A stretch of DNA of 64,000 nucleotides from Aureliella sp. (lineage in GTDB: Bacteria; Planctomycetota; Planctomycetia; Pirellulales; Pirellulaceae). Both the position numbers and the translations under genes were made by a program. The notes beneath the pieces are model-generated. The model had not been told where the DNA came from. It saw only the letters and a program-made list of their open reading frames with translations, and searched no databases. This document shows, one piece after another, positions 50,173 to 59,572 of the stretch (its first letter is position 1; each line of letters opens with the position of its first letter). The stretch covers positions 4,480,001-4,544,000 of the forward strand of contig OY829846.1 of NCBI GenBank assembly GCA_963691875.1. The letters are read 5' to 3'.

Positions 50173-51534
50173 CTAACTCGTTAACTCACTCATGCTTCCT
50201 GAACTGTCGGCAAACCTTTCAACGGGTACGTCGACTGAGTTGAGCATGGTGACAAACAGATTCGCGAGTGGTACCTTCTTTTTGCCTTGGAACGAATGCA
50301 GGTTTCCGTGTTGAAGCCCGAGACCGTTTCCACCGGCGATTTGAATAGGATAGTTTTTAGTACTGTGCGATGCATGAGGGTGTGCAGATCCCCAGAGCAC
50401 CACCGTTCGGTCCAGCATGTTTCCGTCGCCTTCTGGCGTGTCCGCAAGCCGCTTCAGGAAATAGGCGTGCTGCTCGGCTCGCCAGCGATCCCACTTGCCT
50501 GCGAAGTCGGCTGGTCGCTTGTGAGCGATATCATGAGTCGCACCCTTGTAGCCAAGCACGTAGGTCGCGTAGTTCCACATCTCGCTGTCAGAAGATTGCT
50601 CACTTTCTAGCATCAGAGAGGCGAAGCGAGTGGAGTCCGTGCGAAATGCCAGGTATACAAGGTCATACATGCAGCGAATGTATTCCTCTGGCTCCTTGTG
50701 CGACACCTCAAGGTTCAAACCTTTCGTGTCAACTTCTGGCAATGGCTCGTGAGTCCATTTGCTGGTGCGCTCGACGCGTCGCTCGATCGAGCGAATGGAC
50801 TCCAAGTACTCGTCCATTTTCGCGCGATCTTCGCTGCCAAGTCGCAGGCTGAAACTTTGGCTGTGGTCCATCATCAGGTCGAGAATACTGGCTTCGCGAC
50901 GTAGCCCTGCTCGGACTTGCTCGACGCCTTTACACGCGTAAGGCTGGAAGAGGCGATTGAAGATCTCTTGCGGCTTGTGCAGCGAAGGAATCGGGCGGCC
51001 TGGACCTCGGTGAGAAAGCGTTTTGGAACGGCCGTAAGAACCGGTGCCGCCTTCCGTACCAAGCGTAAGCGATGCAAAACGAGTCTTGTGGCCATGCATG
51101 TTGGCGGCGACTTGATCGACGGAAACGTTGTTCGTCTTTTCCTCACCAGTCATGTCGGCGCCAGTAGCGAAAACATCGCCTGAGCTGTGACCACCCAGCG
51201 ACCAGCCTCCTTGGTGGTCGAGTCCTTGTAGGTAAGTCACCGAGTCTTTCAGCGGCTCAAAGGGCTTGGATGATTCGTTGAAGGACAAAGGCCCTGCATC
51301 GCGGCAAGGCCACCAACTCCACGCATGATGCGTTTTGTTCGGATCGGGAATTCCCGCAGCCCCGTTCGGCATGTAAGCGCCATAAGCAAAGTAGCTGACC
51401 AACATGCGTTTGGGCAGTTCCTTGGTCCCGGCTGCTTGTAGGGGAGACATGCTATGTAGCAAGGGTAGGGCCAATGCAACGCCGCCACCTTTTAACAACT
51501 GCCGTCGCGGAATGTTCCAGGATTTTCGTTTCAT
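50173..51534 (-). CDS. DUF1552 family protein (Tat signal)
   Basis: RRQLLKGGGVALALPLL, SVDQVAA, SILD, DEYLESIRSIERR, EGDGNMLD, PLANLFVTML. Confidence 0.9.
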   Translation of the reverse strand: MKRKSWNIPRRQLLKGGGVALALPLLHSMSPLQAAGTKELPKRMLVSYFAYGAYMPNGAAGIPDPNKTHHAWSWWPCRDAGPLSFNESSKPFEPLKDSVTYLQGLDHQGGWSLGGHSSGDVFATGADMTGEEKTNNVSVDQVAANMHGHKTRFASLTLGTEGGTGSYGRSKTLSHRGPGRPIPSLHKPQEIFNRLFQPYACKGVEQVRAGLRREASILDLMMDHSQSFSLRLGSEDRAKMDEYLESIRSIERRVERTSKWTHEPLPEVDTKGLNLEVSHKEPEEYIRCMYDLVYLAFRTDSTRFASLMLESEQSSDSEMWNYATYVLGYKGATHDIAHKRPADFAGKWDRWRAEQHAYFLKRLADTPEGDGNMLDRTVVLWGSAHPHASHSTKNYPIQIAGGNGLGLQHGNLHSFQGKKKVPLANLFVTMLNSVDVPVERFADSSGSMSELTS

Positions 51535-51585
51535 TGCTTGTGCTTTCTAGGCCAACTCGCCGCTATTGTGGATGCTCGTTTTGTT

Positions 51586-54093
51586 TTACTCTACGGATTC
51601 ACGGAACGTTTCGCTCTGGCAAATTGCGATGATGATATCTCGAAAGCGGAAGTCCCGCTTAGTGGCCTCTGCCATCAGTTCTTCTACGGTAAAGCGATCA
51701 CGTACGTTGAGCTCTCGTCCGATGCTATATGCCAATAATCTGCGAACGACGTTTTCTGCGATATCCTCGCGGCGCTGCTCGAGTAGATAGTCCTTCAATT
51801 CCTGCATACCGTCTACCTCAGGGCCGAGCGGTAACTTGGAGGCAGCCTCGACTTCCATCGTTTGAATCGACCTCAAGTATTCCTGGTATCCAGCTAAATC
51901 GCCATGCTGACTATTGAGCGGGCTGACACGCGTGCCGTCTTTAGGCACAAAGGGCTGGTAACGACCAATGGCATTGTAGCGTTCAAAAGGAATTCCCCAG
52001 GGATCAAGCCGCGAATGACAATCGTTACAGCTTTCCACTTGCCGGTGCTTCACAAGCAAGTCCTTGATCGTCAAAGCTGTATCTCCTGAATCTCCAGCCG
52101 AGTCGGAGAGAGCCGGCACTTCCGCAGGGGGATCGGGCACTTCGTCTCCCAAAATGGCCTCGCGCAACCAGACAGCTCGATAAATCGGATGTGGGGCTGA
52201 ACCTGTGCCATTGCCAATCAATATCGAGCCGTGCGTGAGTAAGCCACCTAATCGATGTTCAGGCGATAGATTCACTGGACGAAAGTGAATGCCATGTACG
52301 TTCTCGACGCCGTAGTGAGCAGCCAGTGGTTGGTTCAAATAAGCGAAATCCGAGTGCACGAAGTTGAATAGGCTCTTGTTCCCTCGAAGTAACTCGCCGA
52401 CAAAGCCTACGGTTTCTTCGATCATGTAGTCACGAATCGTCGGACGGTAAGGCTCCTCAGTTCCAGCTCGTTCGCCGCGTGGGACGTAGTACAAGAATCG
52501 TGGGTAGAGGTCTTGATTGATCGGGACGGTATGCAGCTTGCCGAGGCTCAGCCATTGCATCGTAAAAGTGCGAACAAAATCCTCGGCCCGCTTGTCTGCC
52601 AAAAGGCGGATCACTTGACGCTGGATCTCCGCTGGATCGTCCAGCTTGCCTTGAGCCGCTAGCAGCAAGAGCTCTTCATCAGGCATGCTAGCCCAGAGAA
52701 AATAGGACAACTTTGCGGCGAGTCGGTATTGCGGTGCTTGGATTTGATTCTGATACAGGAACTGCGGCGAGATGAGTACCATAGCCAGCGTTTCACGCAT
52801 GGCGGCTTCAAGCGTCTTCAGCTCTGGGAGTACCAAATCGTAGATTGCCGTGAAGCGTTCTACCTCTTCCTTCGTCGCTGGTCGTCGGTAAGCCCGGGAC
52901 ATGAAGCGTTGCAATACTTCTTTTACGTAAGCTGCTGGATTCGACTCTCTTAGTGGTGACTCAAACAGAATCTGAAGATGGTGCTCAGGGGGCCAAGTTT
53001 CCGTGAGCGGCCCTTCGAACTCTAGCCAGTTGATGACTACCCGCGGCATGGCCATATTGCGAGTGCGGCTGAAGTCATTCGAGTCATTGAGTGTGCCATC
53101 GTCAAAAAGATTCTGTGGTGTGATCGTCATCGAAGGCGGTAGCTTGCGTTGACGATGAGCCCGAGGTGGTCGCACAGGGTGATTCTCGATCCGCCCACGG
53201 AAAGTGAAGATCCGTGGATCGTCCGGAGAGTTGGTTAATCGGATTGTGCCCACCGGTTCGATCTGGTGCGTGGATTGATTCTCTTCAAGGCCGCCGTAAC
53301 CCATCACCAATCGCAGCGGCAGTTCTTGATAACCCTCTGGCAGGATTGCGGAGGCTTGCACCCGTATTCGGTATTCGCCAATCTTAGGGAAGCTCTTCAA
53401 TTGCATGCCGCCGGCAGGACTTCCACGCCGATTGCCCCAGATGCCGAACTCGTCCAAGCCCATGCCACGATCGAGTCCTTGCGGCTTCCATTCACGGCGC
53501 GTCTTGTGGACTTCCGGTTTCTCAGGATCGACAATGGCACTGGCCATCGCTATCCGAGCGCACTCCAGGTAGCGATCGATCTGCTCGGGACCGATACGCA
53601 TGAAGTTCGGAGTGTTATTGAATCGATAAGGTTGATCAGGATCTTTGGGGAGTCGATCGATTAGCTCCAATCGAAAGCCGACTAGATCGCGAATCGTGTT
53701 TTCGTATTCGATATTGGTCAGGCGGCGAGCCGCGGTGTTCCGTGCTGGAACTTTCGACCGTACTTGTTCACGCAATTGCTCGGAGATGGTTGCGACTAGT
53801 TGCCCTCTTAATTCGCTCGAAGGCTGTCTTTCCTCCTCGGGAGGCATCTCGCCACTTTCGAGAACCTCCAGTACGCGTTCCCAGCTTGGCAGATTCGCTT
53901 GATCGGCAAATCCTTTCAGATCGTCCAGCGTCATTTCGCCTTTGGACTGTTCAGCGTTGTGACACTTGAGGCAAAAAGTCGCAAAGAAAGCTTGCCTCTC
54001 TTCAGGTAAAAGTTCAGCTTGGCCCTTGTTTTCACCTGCGGCGGCTAAGTTAGCAAGACTGAGTGCTGCAAGGAAAAATGGAAGACGTAGCAT
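51586..54093 (-). CDS. DUF1592-type multidomain protein (cyt c + DUF1587/1595/1592/1588/1585)
   Basis: CLKCH, RRLTNIEYENTIRDL, AYRRP, SPQFLY, LSYFLWASMPD, CNDCHSRLDPWG. Start set at MLRLPFF. Confidence 0.9.
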   Translation of the reverse strand: MLRLPFFLAALSLANLAAAGENKGQAELLPEERQAFFATFCLKCHNAEQSKGEMTLDDLKGFADQANLPSWERVLEVLESGEMPPEEERQPSSELRGQLVATISEQLREQVRSKVPARNTAARRLTNIEYENTIRDLVGFRLELIDRLPKDPDQPYRFNNTPNFMRIGPEQIDRYLECARIAMASAIVDPEKPEVHKTRREWKPQGLDRGMGLDEFGIWGNRRGSPAGGMQLKSFPKIGEYRIRVQASAILPEGYQELPLRLVMGYGGLEENQSTHQIEPVGTIRLTNSPDDPRIFTFRGRIENHPVRPPRAHRQRKLPPSMTITPQNLFDDGTLNDSNDFSRTRNMAMPRVVINWLEFEGPLTETWPPEHHLQILFESPLRESNPAAYVKEVLQRFMSRAYRRPATKEEVERFTAIYDLVLPELKTLEAAMRETLAMVLISPQFLYQNQIQAPQYRLAAKLSYFLWASMPDEELLLLAAQGKLDDPAEIQRQVIRLLADKRAEDFVRTFTMQWLSLGKLHTVPINQDLYPRFLYYVPRGERAGTEEPYRPTIRDYMIEETVGFVGELLRGNKSLFNFVHSDFAYLNQPLAAHYGVENVHGIHFRPVNLSPEHRLGGLLTHGSILIGNGTGSAPHPIYRAVWLREAILGDEVPDPPAEVPALSDSAGDSGDTALTIKDLLVKHRQVESCNDCHSRLDPWGIPFERYNAIGRYQPFVPKDGTRVSPLNSQHGDLAGYQEYLRSIQTMEVEAASKLPLGPEVDGMQELKDYLLEQRREDIAENVVRRLLAYSIGRELNVRDRFTVEELMAEATKRDFRFRDIIIAICQSETFRESVE

Positions 54094-54171
54094 GGTGTGG
54101 ACACTGGCTATGGGATCGCGTTGGCACTGATGAAGTGTCAATTCGCATTTAATGATAGTTGGTTTTTCATC

Positions 54172-54355
54172 TCAGCCGAATGGCGTTAGCCGCAGTTCAG
54201 GGCTGATCCGCCCTAGCTGCAGTTCAATGCGAATGGATCTGATGTCGCGCGCTGCGATATCTGGGAATGATCGTGCTCTGGTTCGTGGCCCATCAATGGC
54301 GGATCTGGATTGTGACTCTTTCGGTGTATGTCCAGCGCTAACTCTCTTCGGCTGA
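54172..54355. repeat. REP-like inverted pair enclosing about 140 bp
   Basis: TCAGCCGAATGGCGTTAGC (54172) is inverted to GCTAACTCTCTTCGGCTGA (ends 54355). Shares AGCCGAA..CGYTAGC with the 35427 element. Confidence 0.6.
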
Positions 54356-54378
54356 CGTTTCGCAACCAACTAACAGTA

Positions 54379-55512
54379 TCACTTCGCGAGTTCGTCCAAC
54401 TCGGACAACTTGAAACGGACGCTGAGGATGTAGGGTTGTTGGCCGTGGGACCAGTGACCGTAGGTGGTGACCACATAGGTATCGTCGGGTAGGACTTCGA
54501 CGCCGGGATAGGTGGTGTCGTAACCTTTCTTGTTGTCTTTGAGTCGCACCGAATATTGACCGCTAGCACCACTAACCAAGTCTTTCCAAGTCCCAACCCA
54601 GCCAACCCAGTCACCTTCGAATGGCCGGTTGGCAGCGGCTTGTTTAGGCGAACGGCAGCGAAAGCTAATGAATAATCGCCCGTCGTCCGAGTACTTGCCA
54701 GTGTGCCTATCGCCCGTCAGTGACAAAGGAACTTCGCGTGGCTCAGTCCAGCTCTTGCCCTCGTCGTCCGAGAAGATGATGTGAGAGTTCTTGCGTCGCG
54801 CATTCTCACGGAGCAACACAGCCACCTGTGTGCCGTCTGGCGAACGAATGCATCCGGGCTCGCACAAGTGGACTTCCGAAGACTGGTAAACAGCTTCAGG
54901 CTGTGACCAAGTCAATCCACCGTCTCGTGAGAAAGTCTTGTATAGCGTGAACGTCTTCGTGACTTTGCCGTCTTTCGTAAAGAACCTTCCGTCATCGTGG
55001 AACATGGCCAAATAGTGCCCCGGCGTCTTCAACGCTTCGACAAATCCCATGACGACGATGCCACCCCAATCGCCGACTGGTTTGAGTTCGCTCCAGTTTA
55101 CTCCGTCATCTTCACTGACCGCGAGTCTTGCCGGATAAAGTCCTGACCACATGATCAAACGTCTCTTCCCATCGGCGTCGACAACGCGATGCAAAGTGGG
55201 AACTTCTTTCGAGGTGGACCAGTTGGTTGGGGTTGGCAGTCGATCGCTCCAGGTCAGCCCACCATCCTTACTGCGCTTGTAGACGATTCCGCCGCGACCA
55301 TGGCCCTTCGGATAGACGCAAAGGATTGTTTTTCCGTCTTCGAGTAGGCAGGTAGTTGGATGCCCTAGATACTGTCCCGGCTCATGATCTACGACGACTT
55401 GGCGATAAAATTGGTCGTCCAGATCGATCGTTTTCGGAAAATCTGCTGGCAGCTCTTGAGCGGCTGTAGATGCCGCAAAGAGAAGAGCGAGGAACGGGGC
55501 AGTTCGAAGCAT
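54379..55512 (-). CDS. Secreted BNR/Asp-box sialidase-like beta-propeller
   Basis: Four Asp boxes (SKDGGLTWS, SEDDGVNWS, SRDGGLTWS, SDDEGKSWT), LCEP, YPG; signal peptide. Confidence 0.85.
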   Translation of the reverse strand: MLRTAPFLALLFAASTAAQELPADFPKTIDLDDQFYRQVVVDHEPGQYLGHPTTCLLEDGKTILCVYPKGHGRGGIVYKRSKDGGLTWSDRLPTPTNWSTSKEVPTLHRVVDADGKRRLIMWSGLYPARLAVSEDDGVNWSELKPVGDWGGIVVMGFVEALKTPGHYLAMFHDDGRFFTKDGKVTKTFTLYKTFSRDGGLTWSQPEAVYQSSEVHLCEPGCIRSPDGTQVAVLLRENARRKNSHIIFSDDEGKSWTEPREVPLSLTGDRHTGKYSDDGRLFISFRCRSPKQAAANRPFEGDWVGWVGTWKDLVSGASGQYSVRLKDNKKGYDTTYPGVEVLPDDTYVVTTYGHWSHGQQPYILSVRFKLSELDELAK

Positions 55513-55812
55513 GGCGGAAATCTTGGGTTGGCGAACGTGTGGGATAAACAAGACTCTCTGGTATCATCTTGATCGTAGTCGGCATGGAAACGAGATCGGG
55601 AGCGAAGCTCCCTCAGCTGACGGAACTGTCGCCTCGCGGAGGTAAAGTTAACGAGTCGCAAAGGCGAAACAGCACTTCCCTCGTTATCGGTCTACGACTG
55701 AGCCGCTTGACAGGGCGAACGTGTCCGCACGGTGAGCAGACTCGATGGAGAATGATTACTATACACCCTAATGATGTCACGAGTTGCCTGTTGCCCTGGT
55801 TAGAGTCTCCTG

Positions 55813-57381
55813 ATGCGTCTTACGTTTGCCTTCCTGCTTTTGCTACTGCCTGGTATTTCATTCGCGGTCGAGCGACCGAACTTTATCATCATCTACGTGG
55901 ACGATCTCGGATGGGCTGATACGTCTGTCGTGATGATGGACAGTGATCCGAGTTCGGTAAGCGACTTCCATCAAACGCCAAACCTGGAGAAGCTGGCAGA
56001 ACGGGGAATGAGGTTTTCTTGCGCTTACGCGCCAGCTCCTACCTGCACGCCCTCGCGCAAGAGCATCCAGTTTGGGAAGACGCCTGCACGGCTCCAATAC
56101 ACTTTCGTACACGACGTCTTGGCTTTGGAACGAGAGCTCAAATGGCAGGACGAAACGTCACTGGCTGATGTCGTCAAAGCCGCAGATAGTCGCTACATCA
56201 CTGCGCACTTTGGCAAAGGCATGAGCGGTGAACAGATGAACACGATCGGCTACGATCTCACGGACGAGGTCGACGGCAACGCTCCTAACGGTAATTTTCA
56301 CGGCGAGTACATCAGTCTAAAGAATAGAATAGAACTGCCACCCGAAAATCCCAAACGCATGGCGTCGCTCAAGAAAAGTGCCGTTGGTTTTGTGGAAGAG
56401 TTCGGTGGCAAAAAGCCTTTCTTTATGATGGTCTCGCATTACGCCGTGCACGTTCCTCATGCGGCTCGCGAAGACTTGATCGAGAAGTACCGCAAGCTGC
56501 CGCGTGGCAAGTATCTGGACGACAGCGATTATTTACCAACGGAGGAGATCTCACGGGGCAAGAAAATCAGTCATTGGAGACTGCAGTATGCGGCGATGCT
56601 GGAAGAGGTTGACGAAGGTTTGGGAGCGATTCTGGATGCAGTCGAGAGGACTGGTCAAATCGACAATACCTACATCATCTTCACGTCGGACAACGGTGGC
56701 GGCTTGACTCCAAACGGATCGCTTCGCGGTGGCAAAGCCAATCTCTATGAAGGTGGTCTGCGGGTTCCATTTGTAGTGGCCGGACCAGGAGTTCATTCCG
56801 GAGTGCAATGTGATGTTCCAATTGTTCAGTGGGATCTCTTGCCGACCTTGCATGATCTGGCGCGAAGTGAGACCAAACCACCAACTGGTCTCGATGGCGG
56901 TAGCTTGCGATCCGTTTTTGAGAATGGCAATGGCGGAAAGTTGCAGCGCGGGACCGAGGCACTCGTCTTTCACTATCCGTGCTACTTCGCACCGCCGCTA
57001 AGTGTGATCCGGCTTGGCGACTACAAGTTGATGGAACACTTGCTGACAGGCGAGCAAAGGTTATTCAATGTCGTGGACGATTATCAGGAAAGTCACAATC
57101 TGGTGAAGCAAAGGCCAGAAGTTGCTGCTCGATTGAGAGCGACGATGAAGGATTATCTACAGGCCGTAAATGCCGAGGATATCCAGCAAGTGTATCGAGC
57201 GAGGTTTACAGAACTGGATCGCTTCGAAAGCAGAGCACTAGCCAACTTCGCGCGCATCCGGCAGACGGCGGTTGATGAGAAGACGATCGCCGACGCACAG
57301 AAACACCTCGATAAGGATCTTGCTCGTTTTGCCAAGAACCGCCAGGAATGCCGGGAGAATATGCGTGGCACCAAATTTTAG
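55813..57381 (+). CDS. Secreted formylglycine-type (Cys) sulfatase
   Basis: PNFIIIYVDDLGW, CTPSR, HYAVHVP, FTSDNGG, GGKANLYEGGLRVP. Confidence 0.92.
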   Translation: MRLTFAFLLLLLPGISFAVERPNFIIIYVDDLGWADTSVVMMDSDPSSVSDFHQTPNLEKLAERGMRFSCAYAPAPTCTPSRKSIQFGKTPARLQYTFVHDVLALERELKWQDETSLADVVKAADSRYITAHFGKGMSGEQMNTIGYDLTDEVDGNAPNGNFHGEYISLKNRIELPPENPKRMASLKKSAVGFVEEFGGKKPFFMMVSHYAVHVPHAAREDLIEKYRKLPRGKYLDDSDYLPTEEISRGKKISHWRLQYAAMLEEVDEGLGAILDAVERTGQIDNTYIIFTSDNGGGLTPNGSLRGGKANLYEGGLRVPFVVAGPGVHSGVQCDVPIVQWDLLPTLHDLARSETKPPTGLDGGSLRSVFENGNGGKLQRGTEALVFHYPCYFAPPLSVIRLGDYKLMEHLLTGEQRLFNVVDDYQESHNLVKQRPEVAARLRATMKDYLQAVNAEDIQQVYRARFTELDRFESRALANFARIRQTAVDEKTIADAQKHLDKDLARFAKNRQECRENMRGTKF

Positions 57382-59572
57382 AATCGCAGCCGCTACGCAT
57401 TTAGTAGCACCTCTCGTCGCCCTCGCGCTTCTGCTTCCCCGAGCTGATCTTCAGGCTCAAGACGAACCGGCCTTTGTGGATTACTGTGCGCGACTGGAAC
57501 AAGAGATTCAGGGACGCAAGCACGGATTTCTGGCTGGCAACCTGACCTACTACGTCGGTGGATTTCATGCGAGTTGGAAGCTCGTGGAGCACGAGACGCT
57601 CGGATTGACCCATCCATTTCATCACGATCTCCGCAGTCGAGGTGTTGGACTACTGGAGAGTGAACTCAATGGGCCAGAAAACACAGGCATCGGCAACGAC
57701 TACTCGGGCTGGGAGTTCTACAAAGATACACGAGTCCTTTACGGCAGCGTGATCATTGATGGTGTCATCCACAAGCATCCGAAACCGACGAGCATGCGTT
57801 GGCGACCGGATCGAATGATCTGCGAATACGAGGTTGCTGGCATTCGCTTAAAGGAAGTGAAGTTCATCGCTGCGAAGGACGTGGTGATTTCCTTCATCAC
57901 CTCATCCAAGCCAGTGCAGCTGCAATTTTCTGGAAACAGCTTCAATCATCGAAACAGCGTTTCGTCCTCGGCGAAGATTGAGTTTGACGCAAGCGAGAAC
58001 TCCATCCTCATTTCAGAAAGTGGCCAAGTCCGCTCGCGACCAGATCCAGTCGGCAAAGAACGCATTGGTCCATGCGTCTACAAAGGAATGACCTCCGTAT
58101 TAAGCGCTTCACAAACTATCCGTGCACCAAAATTGAACGAAGACGAGAAGGGGGTTCAACACTATCAATTCACGGTGCCTTGTGATGGCCAGGGAACGGC
58201 TGTCTGCTGGTTCATGCATGACGAGCGCGAGAAGGCTATACGAGTAGCTCAAGAATCGTTGCGGAATCATGATGCAGCCTTGCAAGCGAAGACCGCGGAA
58301 GTCAACCAAGGGCTCAATAAGGAGATTCCTTGGTTTCGATGTTCGGATGAAAAGTTCGTTGATATCTACTACTATCTCTGGTCGCTTTATTTGATGTACT
58401 ACATCGACGCCGGTCATGGCTGGGAGGCTGAGTCGCATACGCAAACGGCGGTCAACAATTTCTTAGGAATGCATCGCTATGACGCCTGCTTTCAAATCAA
58501 AGTTGGCGCTTGGACTAGCGACAAGCGGCGTTACGCTTACGGTAACGTGTTGACTTGGAAGCATCTAACTCAAGCGGGGCATTTTCGCGAAACGCCAAAC
58601 GGCGTGCGGATGCTTTCAGACAACAAGGGGCAGGCCTGGCACAGCGGAGCCTATGGTCCAGAGATGTCGGAACACGTTCTTGGAGCCTGGCAGATCTACC
58701 AGCACACGGGCGACCTTGAGTTCTTGCGAAGCTGCTATGAGGGGCATTTTCAGAAACTCTTCTGGCGGCACCCATCTGGTTTTGCAATGAACCAGTTCGA
58801 AGTCATCGAGACGCTGGAGAAGATGGCTCGCATTCTCGGACTGAAAGACGATGACCGGCATTGGCAGGAGTTGATTCGCCGCGATGAAAGACACATTCGC
58901 CAGATGTTTGACCAACGCTGGGAAGCAAATGGCGTCGAGAACTACTTCGCAGCACCCAAGGATAGGATGCTGATGACCAATGCATTCTGGGCTATGCGCT
59001 CGCGACACTTTCCGAAGGAATACGCCGAACGGATGGTGGAGTCCTGGGCCATGGACTCGGAGCAGGGATTCTTCGGCGAGTTCTTTCCTTTGGCGATGGC
59101 GAGGCGCTCGATGCAAGAGTTTGCTACGAACGTTGACCACGCGTTTGGCTATACGCCAGACACGGCTTACTTCACGCTGGATGGAATGTTTCGCCAAGGG
59201 CTCAGGCGTCACGCCTCACAGCTGACATTGAATCACTTGGAGCACTACAACTTTCACGATGAGTGGCAGATTCCCGTAGCTCCAGAAGCTTATCGACGTG
59301 ACTTGAAATTGTTTGGCGATCAGTATTCGAACTTCAACGCAGGAAAGATTTTGCTATACCTTGAAGGTCTGGCGGGATTGGAGTACTCGCTTCTCGATCG
59401 TCAGCTGCGCATTAGTCCAGCATTGCCCGAAGCCTGGGAATGGATGGAGGTCCGCCTTCCAATCAACGGAAAATGGACGACTATTCGCTACTCAAGAGAG
59501 GGTGTGGAAGTGAGTGGTTGTCCGCTCGACGTCGTGACCTCATCCACTACACGAAGACTACTTCCCTTCTAG
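57365..59572 (+). CDS. Secreted glycoside hydrolase, (alpha/alpha)6 GH63/trehalase-like
   Basis: Signal peptide, IPWFRCSD..VDIYYYLW, WQIYQHTGDLEFLRSCY, LEGLAGL, ISPALPEAW. Start uncertain (GTG 57365 vs 57272); family assignment tentative. Confidence 0.6.
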   Translation: MAPNFRIAAATHLVAPLVALALLLPRADLQAQDEPAFVDYCARLEQEIQGRKHGFLAGNLTYYVGGFHASWKLVEHETLGLTHPFHHDLRSRGVGLLESELNGPENTGIGNDYSGWEFYKDTRVLYGSVIIDGVIHKHPKPTSMRWRPDRMICEYEVAGIRLKEVKFIAAKDVVISFITSSKPVQLQFSGNSFNHRNSVSSSAKIEFDASENSILISESGQVRSRPDPVGKERIGPCVYKGMTSVLSASQTIRAPKLNEDEKGVQHYQFTVPCDGQGTAVCWFMHDEREKAIRVAQESLRNHDAALQAKTAEVNQGLNKEIPWFRCSDEKFVDIYYYLWSLYLMYYIDAGHGWEAESHTQTAVNNFLGMHRYDACFQIKVGAWTSDKRRYAYGNVLTWKHLTQAGHFRETPNGVRMLSDNKGQAWHSGAYGPEMSEHVLGAWQIYQHTGDLEFLRSCYEGHFQKLFWRHPSGFAMNQFEVIETLEKMARILGLKDDDRHWQELIRRDERHIRQMFDQRWEANGVENYFAAPKDRMLMTNAFWAMRSRHFPKEYAERMVESWAMDSEQGFFGEFFPLAMARRSMQEFATNVDHAFGYTPDTAYFTLDGMFRQGLRRHASQLTLNHLEHYNFHDEWQIPVAPEAYRRDLKLFGDQYSNFNAGKILLYLEGLAGLEYSLLDRQLRISPALPEAWEWMEVRLPINGKWTTIRYSREGVEVSGCPLDVVTSSTTRRLLPF

